Below are positions 36,527 through 46,691 of a stretch of 64,000 bases of DNA, in pieces. The notes below the pieces were generated by a model. The model searched no databases. It had not been told where the DNA came from and saw only the letters and a program-made list of their open reading frames with translations. Location: the sequence record OL615012; one strand, 5' to 3'. Origin of the DNA: Shigella phage vB_SboM_Phaginator. The position numbers and the translations under genes were made by a program. Position 1 is the stretch's first letter, and the number at the start of each line of letters is the position of its first letter.

Positions 36527-36836
36527 TGCGGCAACCTTGTCGGGGTTCCACCTGCTAAGGCAAGTGTTTGTACGAAACGCCGGGATTCGAACCCGGTTAT
36601 TAAGCAGTTGACGCTACTCAATATTTTTAAAAGGCCATATCTCGACCATATCCGAACGTTCCGTCAAAAACGCTACTCGGTTTACGGCAAAGATATTTCC
36701 TCGAATCGATAATTCGATGCGCCGTTTCTGCTGTGATGTAAGGGGGCATTAACCGATCGTAAAGATTTGTTAATGCCAGTCCTTACCCAGGGAACATCAG
36801 TCCGACGACTTGCCGGTAGCGACCCGGCTTCTTGTC
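36527..36836 (-). ncRNA. Small stable RNA region (T4 rnaC/rnaD-like), incl. a tRNA-like acceptor/T-arm module at about 36572-36663 without an anticodon arm
   Basis: T-arm CCGGG-TTCGAAT-CCCGG and pairing acceptor strands but no canonical D/anticodon arms; lies between tRNA-Arg and a terminator, as the species 1/2 RNAs do in T4. Confidence 0.4.
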
Positions 36837-36912
36837 TGGTCGAGGCAGTAGGGATCGAACCTACGACCTAGGACTTAGAAGGTCCTTGCTCTTCCTTCTG
36901 AGCTATGCCTCG
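36837..36912 (-). tRNA. tRNA-Arg (anticodon TCT)
   Basis: Manual cloverleaf: acceptor CGAGGCA/TGCCTCG, anticodon loop CTTCTAA, T-arm GTAGG-TTCGATC-CCTAC, encoded CCA. Confidence 0.8.
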
Positions 36913-36916
36913 TATT

Positions 36917-36991
36917 TGGCGGACGTGATAGGATTCGAACCTATAACCAATCGCTTAACAGGCGATCGCTCTGCCATTGAGCTACACATCC
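36917..36991 (-). tRNA. tRNA-Asn (anticodon GTT)
   Basis: Manual cloverleaf: acceptor GGATGTG/CACGTCC (one G-U), anticodon stem ATCGC/GCGAT, loop CTGTTAA, T-arm ATAGG-TTCGAAT-CCTAT, encoded CCA. Confidence 0.7.
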
Positions 36992-36995
36992 AAAT

Positions 36996-37082
36996 TGGTG
37001 GGGAGTGATGGAGTCGAACCACCCGAGTCGCAATGACAATGGATTTACAGTCCACACCGCTACCTCTACGGGATAACTCCCC
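36996..37082 (-). tRNA. tRNA-Tyr (anticodon GTA), long variable arm
   Basis: Manual cloverleaf: acceptor GGGGAGT/ACTCCCC, anticodon loop CTGTAAA, variable stem-loop, T-arm GGTGG-TTCGACT-CCATC, encoded CCA. Confidence 0.7.
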
Positions 37083-37094
37083 TAATTCATAATT

Positions 37095-37169
37095 TGGTGG
37101 CCCTGGGTGGAATTGAACCACCATCTGGCGATTATGAGTCGCTTGCTTGAACCTTCCAGCTACAGGGCC
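37095..37169 (-). tRNA. tRNA with CAT anticodon (Ile2-type or elongator Met)
   Basis: Manual cloverleaf: acceptor GGCCCTG/CAGGGCC, anticodon loop CTCATAA, T-arm GGTGG-TTCAATT-CCACC, encoded CCA. Confidence 0.7.
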
Positions 37170-37170
37170 T

Positions 37171-37246
37171 TGGTGCTGATTGACGGAATCGAACCGCCGA
37201 CCTTCTCATTACAAGTGAGTTGCTCTACCTACTGAGCTAAATCAGC
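37171..37246 (-). tRNA. tRNA-Thr (anticodon TGT)
   Basis: Manual cloverleaf: acceptor GCTGATT/AATCAGC, D-arm GCTC...GAGC, anticodon loop CTTGTAA, T-arm GGCGG-TTCGATT-CCGTC, encoded CCA. Confidence 0.8.
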
Positions 37247-37251
37247 AAAAC

Positions 37252-37341
37252 TGGCGGAGGCGATAGGATTTGAACCTATGAGTCGCCGGAGCGACTGCCG
37301 GTTTTCAAGACCGGTGCATTAAACCACTCTGCCACGCCTCC
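37252..37341 (-). tRNA. tRNA-Ser (anticodon TGA), long variable arm
   Basis: Manual cloverleaf: acceptor GGAGGCG/CGCCTCC, anticodon stem CCGGT/ACCGG, loop CTTGAAA, T-arm ATAGG-TTCAAAT-CCTAT, encoded CCA. Confidence 0.8.
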
Positions 37342-37345
37342 AAAT

Positions 37346-37353
37346 ATTTATAT
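37346..37353 (-). promoter_or_regulatory. Late promoter (TATAAATA) abutting tRNA-Ser
   Basis: Minus-strand TATAAATA; predicted start falls at or next to the tRNA-Ser 5-prime end (37341); overlaps segB stop. Confidence 0.5.
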
Positions 37354-37998
37354 ATTGTTAATTTGATTTAGAATTCTTTTTGCTTGAGTATGACTTACGC
37401 CAATATGCTTAGCATATTTAGACAATTCGCCACGTTTAGAAAAATCATATAATTTAGAAATTTCTATTCTTCTTTTTCTTTCATCCGCAGAAACTTTTGC
37501 TTCGTTTGCTTTTGCTATTTTACGTTTAGCTTCTTGAGAATGAGTTTTACCAGCAAAGCCATTCTTCATTAATCCATTTGAAGACCATCCTTTTAATTTT
37601 CCGTTAGAATGTGCCTTTTTAACACCCAATGAAATTAATTCGCGTTGCTGATCTGTCATAGGATAATTATTTATATGATCCCATCCACCTTCACCTCCAA
37701 GTTTTAAATTATACACATCTGGTCTATTTAAAAACTCTTCTGTGACAATATTTTTCTCGGCTTCAAGCATAGATTCTTTATCGTCAAAATACTCTAATAT
37801 TTCTTTAGAAAAATTTTCTATACCATATTTATCTTGGGCTCTTTTTAATAATTTACCAGAACCCATATATCCATCATCTAAATTTTCGGTAGAATGCACA
37901 CCAATATAAATTTTATTATTAATTTTATTTGTTATTTTATAAAGATAAAAATGCATATCAGTCCCTAATAAAGAACTGAGCGTCTCACGACGAGTCAT
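37348..37998 (-). CDS. segB: GIY-YIG homing endonuclease (SegB-like) embedded in the tRNA cluster
   Basis: 216 aa; N-terminal FYLYKITNKINNKIYIGVHS (GIY-YIG-type motif); sits between two tRNA subclusters as segB does in T4. Confidence 0.8.
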   Translation of the reverse strand: MTRRETLSSLLGTDMHFYLYKITNKINNKIYIGVHSTENLDDGYMGSGKLLKRAQDKYGIENFSKEILEYFDDKESMLEAEKNIVTEEFLNRPDVYNLKLGGEGGWDHINNYPMTDQQRELISLGVKKAHSNGKLKGWSSNGLMKNGFAGKTHSQEAKRKIAKANEAKVSADERKRRIEISKLYDFSKRGELSKYAKHIGVSHTQAKRILNQINNI

Positions 37999-38002
37999 AA
38001 AT

Positions 38003-38076
<74 letters not shown>

Positions 38077-38081
38077 AAATT

Positions 38082-38168
38082 TGGTGCGAGAAGTGGGACT
38101 CGAACCCACAAGGAAATCATTCCGCAGCATTTTAAGTGCTGTGCCTTTACCAATTTGACCATTCTCGC
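38082..38168 (-). tRNA. tRNA-Leu (anticodon TAA), long variable arm
   Basis: Manual cloverleaf: acceptor GCGAGAA/TTCTCGC, anticodon stem CAGCA/TGCTG, loop CTTAAAA, T-arm GTGGG-TTCGAGT-CCCAC, encoded CCA. Confidence 0.8.
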
Positions 38169-38169
38169 G

Positions 38170-38242
38170 CTGGGAATAAAGGACTCGAACCTTTGCATCC
38201 TGGAATCAAAATCCAGTGCCTTACCAACTTGGCTAATTCCCA
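38170..38242 (-). tRNA. tRNA-Gln (anticodon TTG), CCA not encoded
   Basis: Manual cloverleaf: acceptor TGGGAAT/ATTCCCA, anticodon stem CTGGA/TCCAG, loop TTTTGAT, T-arm AAAGG-TTCGAGT-CCTTT; 1-nt spacer to tRNA-Leu (dimeric precursor as in T4 Gln-Leu). Confidence 0.8.
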
Positions 38243-38311
38243 ATTATTAACAAAGGCTCTCAAGCAAGAACCCTTGATGATAGAGGGTATTAATCAGTGC
38301 GGTATGAGTTA

Positions 38312-38338
38312 ATAATAACAAATAATTCTTAAAGCAAA
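38312..38338 (-). promoter_or_regulatory. Putative MotA-dependent middle promoter upstream of the tRNA cluster
   Basis: Minus strand TTTGCTTTA box - 12 nt - TATTAT, about 70 nt upstream of tRNA-Gln. Confidence 0.3.
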
Positions 38339-38844
38339 TTAAACATTTTAACAGTCGGCAAAACAATTTCTTTTTCTATATAAGAGTATTTAACACTCTC
38401 AACTACACGCAAAAAATCATAATCATAATACTCAGAAGCACTGCCTAAAATATTAATAAGTCCTTCAAGCACTTTATTACCATTCACAAAGAATAAGTCA
38501 AATACACGTTCTTCGTCTTCTTCGGATTTATTACCAAGGTCAACTTCTATGTCAAAGACCTTTTTAATGAATTCTGGATAAAGTTGTTCTGAGAACAGTC
38601 CTTCAACCAAGTATTCATAAATAAAAAGCGATTGCTCGCTGAACAAGCCATTACCACAATAACGTTCAGCTTTAGTACTAGAATGTCTGCTTTTAAACTT
38701 CTTTAAAAGATATTGGAATTGTAAGATTTCATGCTCTTCTACGCCAAACAGTGTTTTAGTTTTATAGTTGTCACCATCATTTTCCCAGGTAGTGACATCA
38801 ATTACGTAACCCTGTGGAATTGTAGTACCTAAACAAATATTCAT
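38329..38844 (-). CDS. Hypothetical protein
   Basis: ORF track 171 aa. Confidence 0.5.
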   Translation of the reverse strand: MNICLGTTIPQGYVIDVTTWENDGDNYKTKTLFGVEEHEILQFQYLLKKFKSRHSSTKAERYCGNGLFSEQSLFIYEYLVEGLFSEQLYPEFIKKVFDIEVDLGNKSEEDEERVFDLFFVNGNKVLEGLINILGSASEYYDYDFLRVVESVKYSYIEKEIVLPTVKMFNLL

Positions 38845-38847
38845 TTT

Positions 38848-39138
38848 TCACCACGCTGCATTAATATACGTTTTCTGAATACATTCAAGACCCAAAGGAT
38901 TCTTGAAAATATCATATTCAAGAGGACCTTTTTCTGTTTCAATAAAGAAATCAAAATTTACTGTATTAAATTTATGGTCTTCCTTCACTAATTTAACTTG
39001 AGAAGATGAACGGTCAACATAAACCTTTTCAACTTCAAAACATGTTAAAACACCATAATCATCAATCAAGGCTTTAGCCGCGTCTTGATCATATTTATAT
39101 CCATTTTCAATTGATGATACTTTAGCATAAAGAATCAT
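38848..39138 (-). CDS. Hypothetical protein
   Basis: ORF track 96 aa. Confidence 0.5.
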   Translation of the reverse strand: MILYAKVSSIENGYKYDQDAAKALIDDYGVLTCFEVEKVYVDRSSSQVKLVKEDHKFNTVNFDFFIETEKGPLEYDIFKNPLGLECIQKTYINAAW

Positions 39139-39141
39139 TAT

Positions 39142-39531
39142 TTACCCTTCATCAACAATAGTATGAGTGTGGGCATTTACAATTTGCCACCAATCAAAGC
39201 GATTAGAACCATACATTGGTTTGTTCTCATTTTCTTTGATAAGGTCACGGAGTTCATCTTCGGTAGCGGCTTTCGCGATTAAATCAGCATATCCACCGCG
39301 AGGATAATAATTATCACCTGCAAAAAGTAAAAAGTTTGCTTTAATATTATTAAACTTTTCAAGAGTAATAACTGTTCCACCAGGTTGAACAATCTCTACA
39401 TATTTATATCCTAATTTTTGAGCAGCATCTACTGCTTCAAGCAGGGTATCATGAGCCCATCCAACTTGGCAATCTGGCTTTTCAGATGGATTAGCCTGAT
39501 AATCCGCGTACACTTTATACATTCTATTCAC
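39142..39531 (-). CDS. Hypothetical protein
   Basis: ORF track 129 aa. Confidence 0.5.
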   Translation of the reverse strand: MNRMYKVYADYQANPSEKPDCQVGWAHDTLLEAVDAAQKLGYKYVEIVQPGGTVITLEKFNNIKANFLLFAGDNYYPRGGYADLIAKAATEDELRDLIKENENKPMYGSNRFDWWQIVNAHTHTIVDEG

Positions 39532-39766
39532 CTTTAGAAATTTTATCCATAACGATAGCGATTAAACCAATTAAAAATGCTACTACAAGCGAAAACACAT
39601 TTTCTGCTGTAGTTAATAATCCGCATATAAATCCAACAAACATTGAAAAACTAAAAGCGGAAGCAGAAATTGCAATAGCAACATTTCGAATTAATTCACA
39701 GCGTTTCATTTTATTCTCCAATTTCACATTTGCTTTGATAGAACTACTATAACATAGTTCTATCAA
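39524..39766 (-). CDS. Hypothetical small membrane protein
   Basis: 80 aa with hydrophobic core segments. Confidence 0.45.
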   Translation of the reverse strand: MIELCYSSSIKANVKLENKMKRCELIRNVAIAISASAFSFSMFVGFICGLLTTAENVFSLVVAFLIGLIAIVMDKISKGE

Positions 39767-39777
39767 GTTGTAAACTA

Positions 39778-40065
39778 TTATAGAAGATTTTTTGCAATAA
39801 TTTTAAGCTGAGCTACTGAAATATGCTTGGCTTTAAACAAAGCAGTTTCTTCAGCAGGAGAGATAACGATTGTAGCACCATCCTTTTTAGCAGACCACCC
39901 ATCACCTAGGTAAACAGTACCTTTGATTTCTTCGCCATCAACCAGACTAATCATTGGTTTACCTTCTCGTCCTTTATTTGCTTTAATAACTTCAGAAGTA
40001 AGAGTAGCTTCGGTAATAGTAGAAACCGGGGTAGTTGTAGAAGTAAATTCTTTGAAAGTTTTCAT
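39778..40065 (-). CDS. ipI: Internal head protein at the ipI locus (capsid-targeted; IPI-type proteins inhibit GmrSD-like restriction)
   Basis: 95 aa; N-terminus MKTFKEFTS... with ITE/TSE sites; located just upstream of 57B as ipI is in T4; early promoter at 40096-40124. Confidence 0.6.
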   Translation of the reverse strand: MKTFKEFTSTTTPVSTITEATLTSEVIKANKGREGKPMISLVDGEEIKGTVYLGDGWSAKKDGATIVISPAEETALFKAKHISVAQLKIIAKNLL

Positions 40066-40095
40066 TTTATTTTCCTAATTAATTTTGATGAGATA

Positions 40096-40124
40096 ATAGT
40101 ATCACTACCTCATCAACGTGTAAA
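40096..40124 (-). promoter_or_regulatory. Early promoter upstream of ipI
   Basis: Minus strand GTTTACA - 17 bp - TGaTACTAT. Confidence 0.6.
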
Positions 40125-40137
40125 CAACTTTGTGAAA

Positions 40138-40834
<697 letters not shown>

Positions 40835-40835
<1 letters not shown>

Positions 40836-41548
40836 TATAGTACCTTTAGTGTATTTTTAATTTTAGAAAAAAGTTCTTCAAGAGAACCATCGTTTGTAAT
40901 TACTAAATCGCCATCACGAATTGGCAATCCAGCTTCTGTAATATGAGTATCATTGGATTTTTGACCAGGACGAACTACATGAATTACTGTAGCACCCATC
41001 GCCCTAGCCGCATCCATTTCATGATCTTGACGAGTATCAGGAACGATATAATAATCATAACCTGAGTTAAATTTATCAAGATAATCTAAAGCAAATAATT
41101 TTACCCAATACATGCGGTCGAAGTTATTAACAATCAAATCCGTACCTAGGGCTTGCATCAGACGACGGACTGACCATTGATCTTCAATATTATTTATAAC
41201 GTCAGCAATCTTGTTAAATGCTACGAAATTAACTGCGTCATCAAAAACAAACACACCTTTAATTGGGCTTTTACTATTAAGATAGCAAAATGCTTGTTCC
41301 ATAATCGTAATTACTTCTAATTTAGTCAGATTTAAATTAGTTTCACGATCATAGTCAATTCCTTCAAACTCTTTACGAGTTAAACAAGGATAGTCAGTGT
41401 TTGCTGCAAATACACCCCATGCATAAGCCAATGCATCCTTAATAGGACCAGCAAGTTGATATTTAACTGCAGAATAATTATTCATAATAAAATCTGCAGT
41501 AGTATCTTTTCCACTACGCTTTACACCACTTAAAAAGATTAGTTTCAT
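40835..41548 (-). CDS. 1: Deoxynucleoside monophosphate kinase gp1
   Basis: 237 aa; P-loop GVKRSGKDT; T4 gene 1 position. Confidence 0.9.
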
Positions 41549-41597
41549 ATGTTTCTCCTCAAATTTAGTTAAGATTATAACACATGAAACTGAAGCA

Positions 41598-42128
41598 TTA
41601 AACTTCTGCTATAATTTTTCCATCTTTTTCTACTTGAAAATACGTATAAGGAATCGTTGCTGTGCATACTAAGGCTGGGTCTGAATCTTCTGTGTAGCTA
41701 AATTCTACTTCAGACAGGTCAGAAACCCAGGGCTTATAAAAATTTATTGACATCACGATTTCAGTTTTGCTATTATCTAAGATGTAAAGCGTAATGTACT
41801 CAGGACCTGTTTTTTGGGCAGTATTTTCACCTGTAAGATAGTTACTAGTTCCTAGCATCCATTCATACATTCCTATCCATGACTTAAGTTCTTCATCAAC
41901 TATAAATCTCACGATGAGTGGGTCGTACTCAAATGTAACACCTGGACGTTGTGCTCGGCCTAGTCCAAACGGCCCAGTCACGGTATCAGTAACAGGTATC
42001 CTAATTCCCGGAATAGGAACTGACTGAGCATTTAAAGTAAAAGCAGATGTAGTATTACTATGCGGTATTGATACTACAAAGTTAGTTGTATTTGCTTGGT
42101 TAAAAATTTGTTGTAGTGCTTGCGACAT
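41598..42128 (-). CDS. 3: Tail sheath stabiliser / tail completion protein gp3
   Basis: Track ORF 203 aa; from internal Met MSQALQQIFNQ the product is 176 aa, the T4 gp3 length. Confidence 0.85.
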   Translation of the reverse strand: MSQALQQIFNQANTTNFVVSIPHSNTTSAFTLNAQSVPIPGIRIPVTDTVTGPFGLGRAQRPGVTFEYDPLIVRFIVDEELKSWIGMYEWMLGTSNYLTGENTAQKTGPEYITLYILDNSKTEIVMSINFYKPWVSDLSEVEFSYTEDSDPALVCTATIPYTYFQVEKDGKIIAEV

Positions 42129-42234
42129 ATATTCCTCATAATGCTTCATAAATGTTGGTGGTATAATGGGTCTAAGTCCCTTCCATTCAATTCCAATTAG
42201 AACAAACAATAGAAAAGAATGGAAGATAATAGAA

Positions 42235-43059
42235 TTAGATATTTGACCAGACTTTGTTTGCAGAGAAACGTTTTCCTTTTGAAACGAACTGCTGAAGTGG
42301 CATTAACACAACGTTCGCCCAGTCTTTCGGGGCGATTTCAACAAGGCTACCCATAATATTACCGGGTATATATGCCTTAATCATTTGGTCTGCACCCCTA
42401 AATCCTTTCACTTGACTCCAATCAATTTTTAATTTCGTTTTATTAGTAATAGTAGGTGTATTTGAATATTGCTTTAAAAGCTCTTCTAGAAATTGCTGAC
42501 GAGCTTTAGGTGGAATATAGTGCAAGTTCAATCCGTACATTAAATTATGTTTACCTAAACCGAGGTAAATTATCAAAGGAAATTTATCCCAATAAGGAAG
42601 AGTTTCTTTGTGTTTAGCATCGTAAGCAAAAGCATATATTCGTCCCGGCTGCGGGCGAACAACTTTATGTCCTTTTACCTGCTTAATAGTTTCAGCAAAC
42701 CACTTTCTGGTTTTATTATTAATTGCTGCACCTTCATTACGAATTTTATCACGCAATGTTTGCCTGAATGAATTTATCATAAGCAGTTGTCTTTCTTGCT
42801 TATTGAGTTTATTCATTGGTTTTGATTCAAGCTTTTGAATCTTTTCAGCCGTTTTAATTCCTGAAGCATATTTTGACATTGCCGAAGTAAACGTAGAGTA
42901 TTTGATTCCTCTTTCTTCAGCAAATTGCTTTCCTGTCATTCCTTTTGCTTTGGCCTTTCTGTATTCAAGACCTATCTGAATCCATTTCTTTTCGTTTAAT
43001 GATTGCTTAACCTTTGGAACTTGGGGAGTGCTTTCATTAATTATTTGAAAAATAGCCAT
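42235..43059 (-). CDS. 2: DNA end-protector protein gp2
   Basis: 274 aa, T4 gp2 length; start overlaps gp4 stop. Confidence 0.88.
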   Translation of the reverse strand: MAIFQIINESTPQVPKVKQSLNEKKWIQIGLEYRKAKAKGMTGKQFAEERGIKYSTFTSAMSKYASGIKTAEKIQKLESKPMNKLNKQERQLLMINSFRQTLRDKIRNEGAAINNKTRKWFAETIKQVKGHKVVRPQPGRIYAFAYDAKHKETLPYWDKFPLIIYLGLGKHNLMYGLNLHYIPPKARQQFLEELLKQYSNTPTITNKTKLKIDWSQVKGFRGADQMIKAYIPGNIMGSLVEIAPKDWANVVLMPLQQFVSKGKRFSANKVWSNI

Positions 43060-43511
43060 TATGCCCCCTTAAAGCCAAGAGCTCTTAATCCATCTTCTGT
43101 TAGAATTCTAAATTTTATTCCACGCTTTTCAGCTAAAGCTTGCGCTGCTTTCCATTTGTCAGTATTAACGGAATATGTATAAATTTCATTCATAAATCTT
43201 TTCTTCGCTGCAGTTGTTAGATGTGCCGGTTTAACTGGTGGTTGTGTTTCTTTTTTAGGTTTTATTTCAATAAAAAATTCTTGTCCAGAAGAATCTTTCA
43301 TCCAAATATCCATGAAGTATCTACGTTTTTTCCCTTCTGCATTACAAAAATAAGGAATTACTGCTGTTTCACTACCCCATGCAATAATTTCTGGATTTTT
43401 ATCTAACCATTCAAAAAAGAATTTTTCCCAATTTGATCTATACGTAATTTTTTTAGGGTCACCTCTATATTTTGATATATTTTTAGGAACCCATTTTCCA
43501 GAATATGCCAT
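43059..43511 (-). CDS. 4: Head completion protein gp4
   Basis: 150 aa, T4 gp4 length; minus-strand late promoter upstream. Confidence 0.88.
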   Translation of the reverse strand: MAYSGKWVPKNISKYRGDPKKITYRSNWEKFFFEWLDKNPEIIAWGSETAVIPYFCNAEGKKRRYFMDIWMKDSSGQEFFIEIKPKKETQPPVKPAHLTTAAKKRFMNEIYTYSVNTDKWKAAQALAEKRGIKFRILTEDGLRALGFKGA

Positions 43512-43522
43512 TGGATTCTCCT

Positions 43523-43530
43523 TATAAATA
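43523..43530 (+). promoter_or_regulatory. Late promoter (TATAAATA) for gene 53 and the downstream baseplate genes
   Basis: Plus-strand TATAAATA about 30 nt upstream of gene 53 start. Confidence 0.7.
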
Positions 43531-43537
43531 GATAATA

Positions 43538-43545
43538 TATTTATA
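43538..43545 (-). promoter_or_regulatory. Late promoter (TATAAATA) for gene 4 (divergent from P-53)
   Basis: Minus-strand TATAAATA upstream of gene 4 start (43511). Confidence 0.65.
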
Positions 43546-43558
43546 AACAGGAGGGCCC

Positions 43559-44149
43559 ATGCTCTTTACATTTTTTGATCCGATTGAATATGCGGCCAAA
43601 ACGGTGAATAAAAACGCGCCGACTATTCCTATGACAGATATTTTTAGAAACTATAAAGACTATTTCAAACGTGCTCTTGCGGGATACCGCTTACGTACTT
43701 ATTATATTAAAGGTTCACCACGCCCGGAAGAATTAGCAAATGCTATATATGGAAATCCGCAGTTGTATTGGGTTTTATTGATGTGTAATGATAATTATGA
43801 TCCGTATTATGGATGGATTACTTCGCAAGAAGCTGCTTATCAAGCATCTATACAAAAATACAAAAACGTAGGTGGAGACCAAATAGTATATCATGTGAAT
43901 GAGAACGGTGAAAAATTTTATAATTTAATATCATATGATGATAATCCATATGTTTGGTATGACAAAGGCGATAAAGCTAGAAAATATCCTCAATATGAAG
44001 GAGCACTTGCTGCGGTAGATACGTATGAAGCTGCTGTTCTTGAAAATGAAAAACTTCGTCAAATAAAAATAATAGCAAAATCAGACATCAATTCATTTAT
44101 GAACGACCTTATACGTATAATGGAGAAATCTTATGGAAATGATAAGTAA
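43559..44149 (+). CDS. 53: Baseplate wedge protein gp53
   Basis: 196 aa; TATAAATA late promoter and GGAGGG RBS upstream; first gene of plus-strand late module. Confidence 0.9.
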   Translation: MLFTFFDPIEYAAKTVNKNAPTIPMTDIFRNYKDYFKRALAGYRLRTYYIKGSPRPEELANAIYGNPQLYWVLLMCNDNYDPYYGWITSQEAAYQASIQKYKNVGGDQIVYHVNENGEKFYNLISYDDNPYVWYDKGDKARKYPQYEGALAAVDTYEAAVLENEKLRQIKIIAKSDINSFMNDLIRIMEKSYGNDK

Positions 44150-45860
44150 TAACCTTAATTGGTTTGTTGGTGTTGTTGAAGATAGAATGGACCCATTAAA
44201 ATTAGGTCGTGTTCGTGTTCGTGTAGTTGGTCTGCATCCACCTCAAAGAGCCCAAGGCGATGTAATGGGTATTCCAACTGATAAATTACCATGGATGTCA
44301 GTTATTCAACCTATAACTTCTGCAGCAATGTCAGGAATTGGAGGTTCTGTTACTGGACCGGTAGAAGGAACTAGAGTTTATGGTCATTTTTTGGACAAAT
44401 GGAAAACTAACGGAATTGTCCTTGGCACGTATGGTGGAATAGTTCGCGAAAAACCGAATAGACTTGAAGGATTTTCTGACCCAACTGGGCAGTATCCTAG
44501 ACGTTTAGGAAATGATACGAACGTATTAAACCAAGGCGGAGAAGTAGGATATGATTCGTCTTCTAACGTTATCCAAGATAGTAACTTAGACACCGCAATA
44601 AATCCCGATGATAGACCGTTATCAGAAATTCCAACTGATGATAATCCAAATATGTCAATGGCTGAAATGCTTCGCCGTGATGAAGGATTAAGACTAAAAG
44701 TTTATTGGGATACTGAAGGATATCCAACAATTGGTATTGGTCATCTTATCATGAAGCAGCCAGTTCGTGATATGACCCAAATTAATAAAGTTTTATCAAA
44801 ACAAGTTGGTCGTGAAATTACCGGAAATCCAGGTTCTATTACAATGGAAGAAGCGGTAGCTTTATTTGAACGTGATTTGGCTGATATGCAACGTGACATT
44901 AAATCACATTCTAAAGTTGGCCCAGTCTGGCAAGCTGTCAACCGTTCTCGTCAAATGGCATTAGAAAATATGGCATTTCAGATGGGTGTTGGCGGTGTAG
45001 CTAAATTTAACACAATGTTAACTGCTATGTTAGCAGGAGATTGGGAAAAAGCATATAAAGCCGGTCGTGATTCATTGTGGTATCAACAAACAAAAGGCCG
45101 TGCATCCCGTGTTACCATGATTATTCTTACGGGGAATTTGGAATCATATGGTGTTGAAGTGAAAACTCCAGCTAGGTCTTTATCGGCAATGGCTGCGACT
45201 GTAGCTAAATCTTCTGACCCTGCTGACCCTCCTATTCCAAATGACTCGAGAATTTTATTCAAAGAACCAGTTTCTTCATATAAAGGCGAATATCCTTATG
45301 TTCACACAATGGAAACTGAAAGCGGTCATATTCAGGAATTTGATGATACCCCTGGGCAAGAACGATACAGATTAGTTCATCCAACTGGAACTTATGAAGA
45401 AGTATCACCGTCAGGAAGAAGAACAAGAAAAACTGTTGATAATTTATATGATATAACCAACGCTGATGGTAATTTTTTGGTAGCCGGCGATAAAAAGACT
45501 AACGTCGGTGGATCAGAAATTTATTACAACATGGATAATCGTCTTCACCAAATAGATGGAAGCAATACAATATTTGTACGTGGCGATGAAACTAAGACGG
45601 TTGAAGGTAATGGAACTATCCTAGTTAAAGGTAATGTTACTATTATAGTTGAAGGTAATGCTGACATTACAGTTAAAGGAGATGCTACCACTTTAGTTGA
45701 AGGAAATCAGACTAATACAGTAAATGGAAATCTTTCTTGGAAAGTTGCTGGGACAGTTGATTGGGATGTTGGTGGTGATTGGACAGAAAAAATGGCATCT
45801 ATGAGTTCTATTTCATCTGGTCAATACACAATTGATGGATCGAGGATTGACATTGGCTAA
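44133..45860 (+). CDS. 5: Baseplate hub / cell-puncturing protein gp5 with lysozyme domain
   Basis: 575 aa; internal lysozyme domain MAEMLRRDEGLRLKVYWDTEGYPTIGIGHL; C-terminal VEGN repeat beta-helix; near-identical to recalled T4 gp5. Confidence 0.95.
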   Translation: MEMISNNLNWFVGVVEDRMDPLKLGRVRVRVVGLHPPQRAQGDVMGIPTDKLPWMSVIQPITSAAMSGIGGSVTGPVEGTRVYGHFLDKWKTNGIVLGTYGGIVREKPNRLEGFSDPTGQYPRRLGNDTNVLNQGGEVGYDSSSNVIQDSNLDTAINPDDRPLSEIPTDDNPNMSMAEMLRRDEGLRLKVYWDTEGYPTIGIGHLIMKQPVRDMTQINKVLSKQVGREITGNPGSITMEEAVALFERDLADMQRDIKSHSKVGPVWQAVNRSRQMALENMAFQMGVGGVAKFNTMLTAMLAGDWEKAYKAGRDSLWYQQTKGRASRVTMIILTGNLESYGVEVKTPARSLSAMAATVAKSSDPADPPIPNDSRILFKEPVSSYKGEYPYVHTMETESGHIQEFDDTPGQERYRLVHPTGTYEEVSPSGRRTRKTVDNLYDITNADGNFLVAGDKKTNVGGSEIYYNMDNRLHQIDGSNTIFVRGDETKTVEGNGTILVKGNVTIIVEGNADITVKGDATTLVEGNQTNTVNGNLSWKVAGTVDWDVGGDWTEKMASMSSISSGQYTIDGSRIDIG

Positions 45861-46389
45861 TATACTTCCAATGAGCGCTGATTTAGGAGAATCCATGGAA
45901 GGTTCTTCTATCGACGTCACCTTTACCGCTCAATTAGAAACAGGTGAAACGTTAGTATCTATAAATATAACTAGTTACGAAGAAACTCCTGGGGTTTTAG
46001 TAGAAGAAAATCGTTTATATGGAACGTATGAATCTGTATTTGGATTTGGAAATGATGCGTTGAAATATCGTTTAGATAATGAATTTAAAACTGCTGCTTC
46101 ATGGGAAGACCTTCCAACTGATTCTAATACTCAGTTATATTTATGGAAAGCTCCTCAAAACCTCCAGAAGACATTCACTTACGAAGTAACATTAATATAT
46201 GACTACCAAGAACAAGGTGAATCTGGAGGTTCTGGCAGTAATTCTAGGTCATCTTCTGATACTACTGAACCGACGAATCCTCCAGCTCCAATAAGAAAAA
46301 CTCTTGTTAAAAATTATACAAAAACTATAGTTGGAAATTGGAGTCGTTGGGCTAATAAACTGAGAAGCTACGTGTATGAGAGGCCATAA
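45832..46389 (+). CDS. 5.1: Hypothetical protein gp5.1
   Basis: ORF track 185 aa between 5 and 5.4; start uncertain. Confidence 0.6.
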
Positions 46390-46683
46390 ATGTCAGGATT
46401 AAGTTATGATAAGTGTGTTACTGCTGGCCATGAAGCGTGGCCTCCAACAGTTGTGAATGCTACACAAAGTAAAGTATTCACTGGAGGAATTGCTGTTCTA
46501 GTAGCAGGCGATCCAATTACAGAACATACAGAAATTAAAAAGCCATATGAAACACATGGCGGAGTGACACAACCTAGAACTTCTAAGGTATATGTCACAG
46601 GAAAGAAAGCTGTTCAAATGGCTGATCCAATATCATGCGGTGATACTGTGGCTCAGGCATCATCTAAAGTATTCATTAAATAG
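46390..46683 (+). CDS. 5.4: PAAR-repeat spike tip protein gp5.4
   Basis: 97 aa, same size and position as T4 gp5.4. Confidence 0.85.
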
Positions 46684-46691
46684 GATTTAAA

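Noticed and set aside
36527-36836. Additional canonical tRNAs downstream of tRNA-Arg
   Set aside because: A T-arm and pairing acceptor strands exist (36572-36663) but no D or anticodon arm could be folded; better explained as T4-type small stable RNAs.
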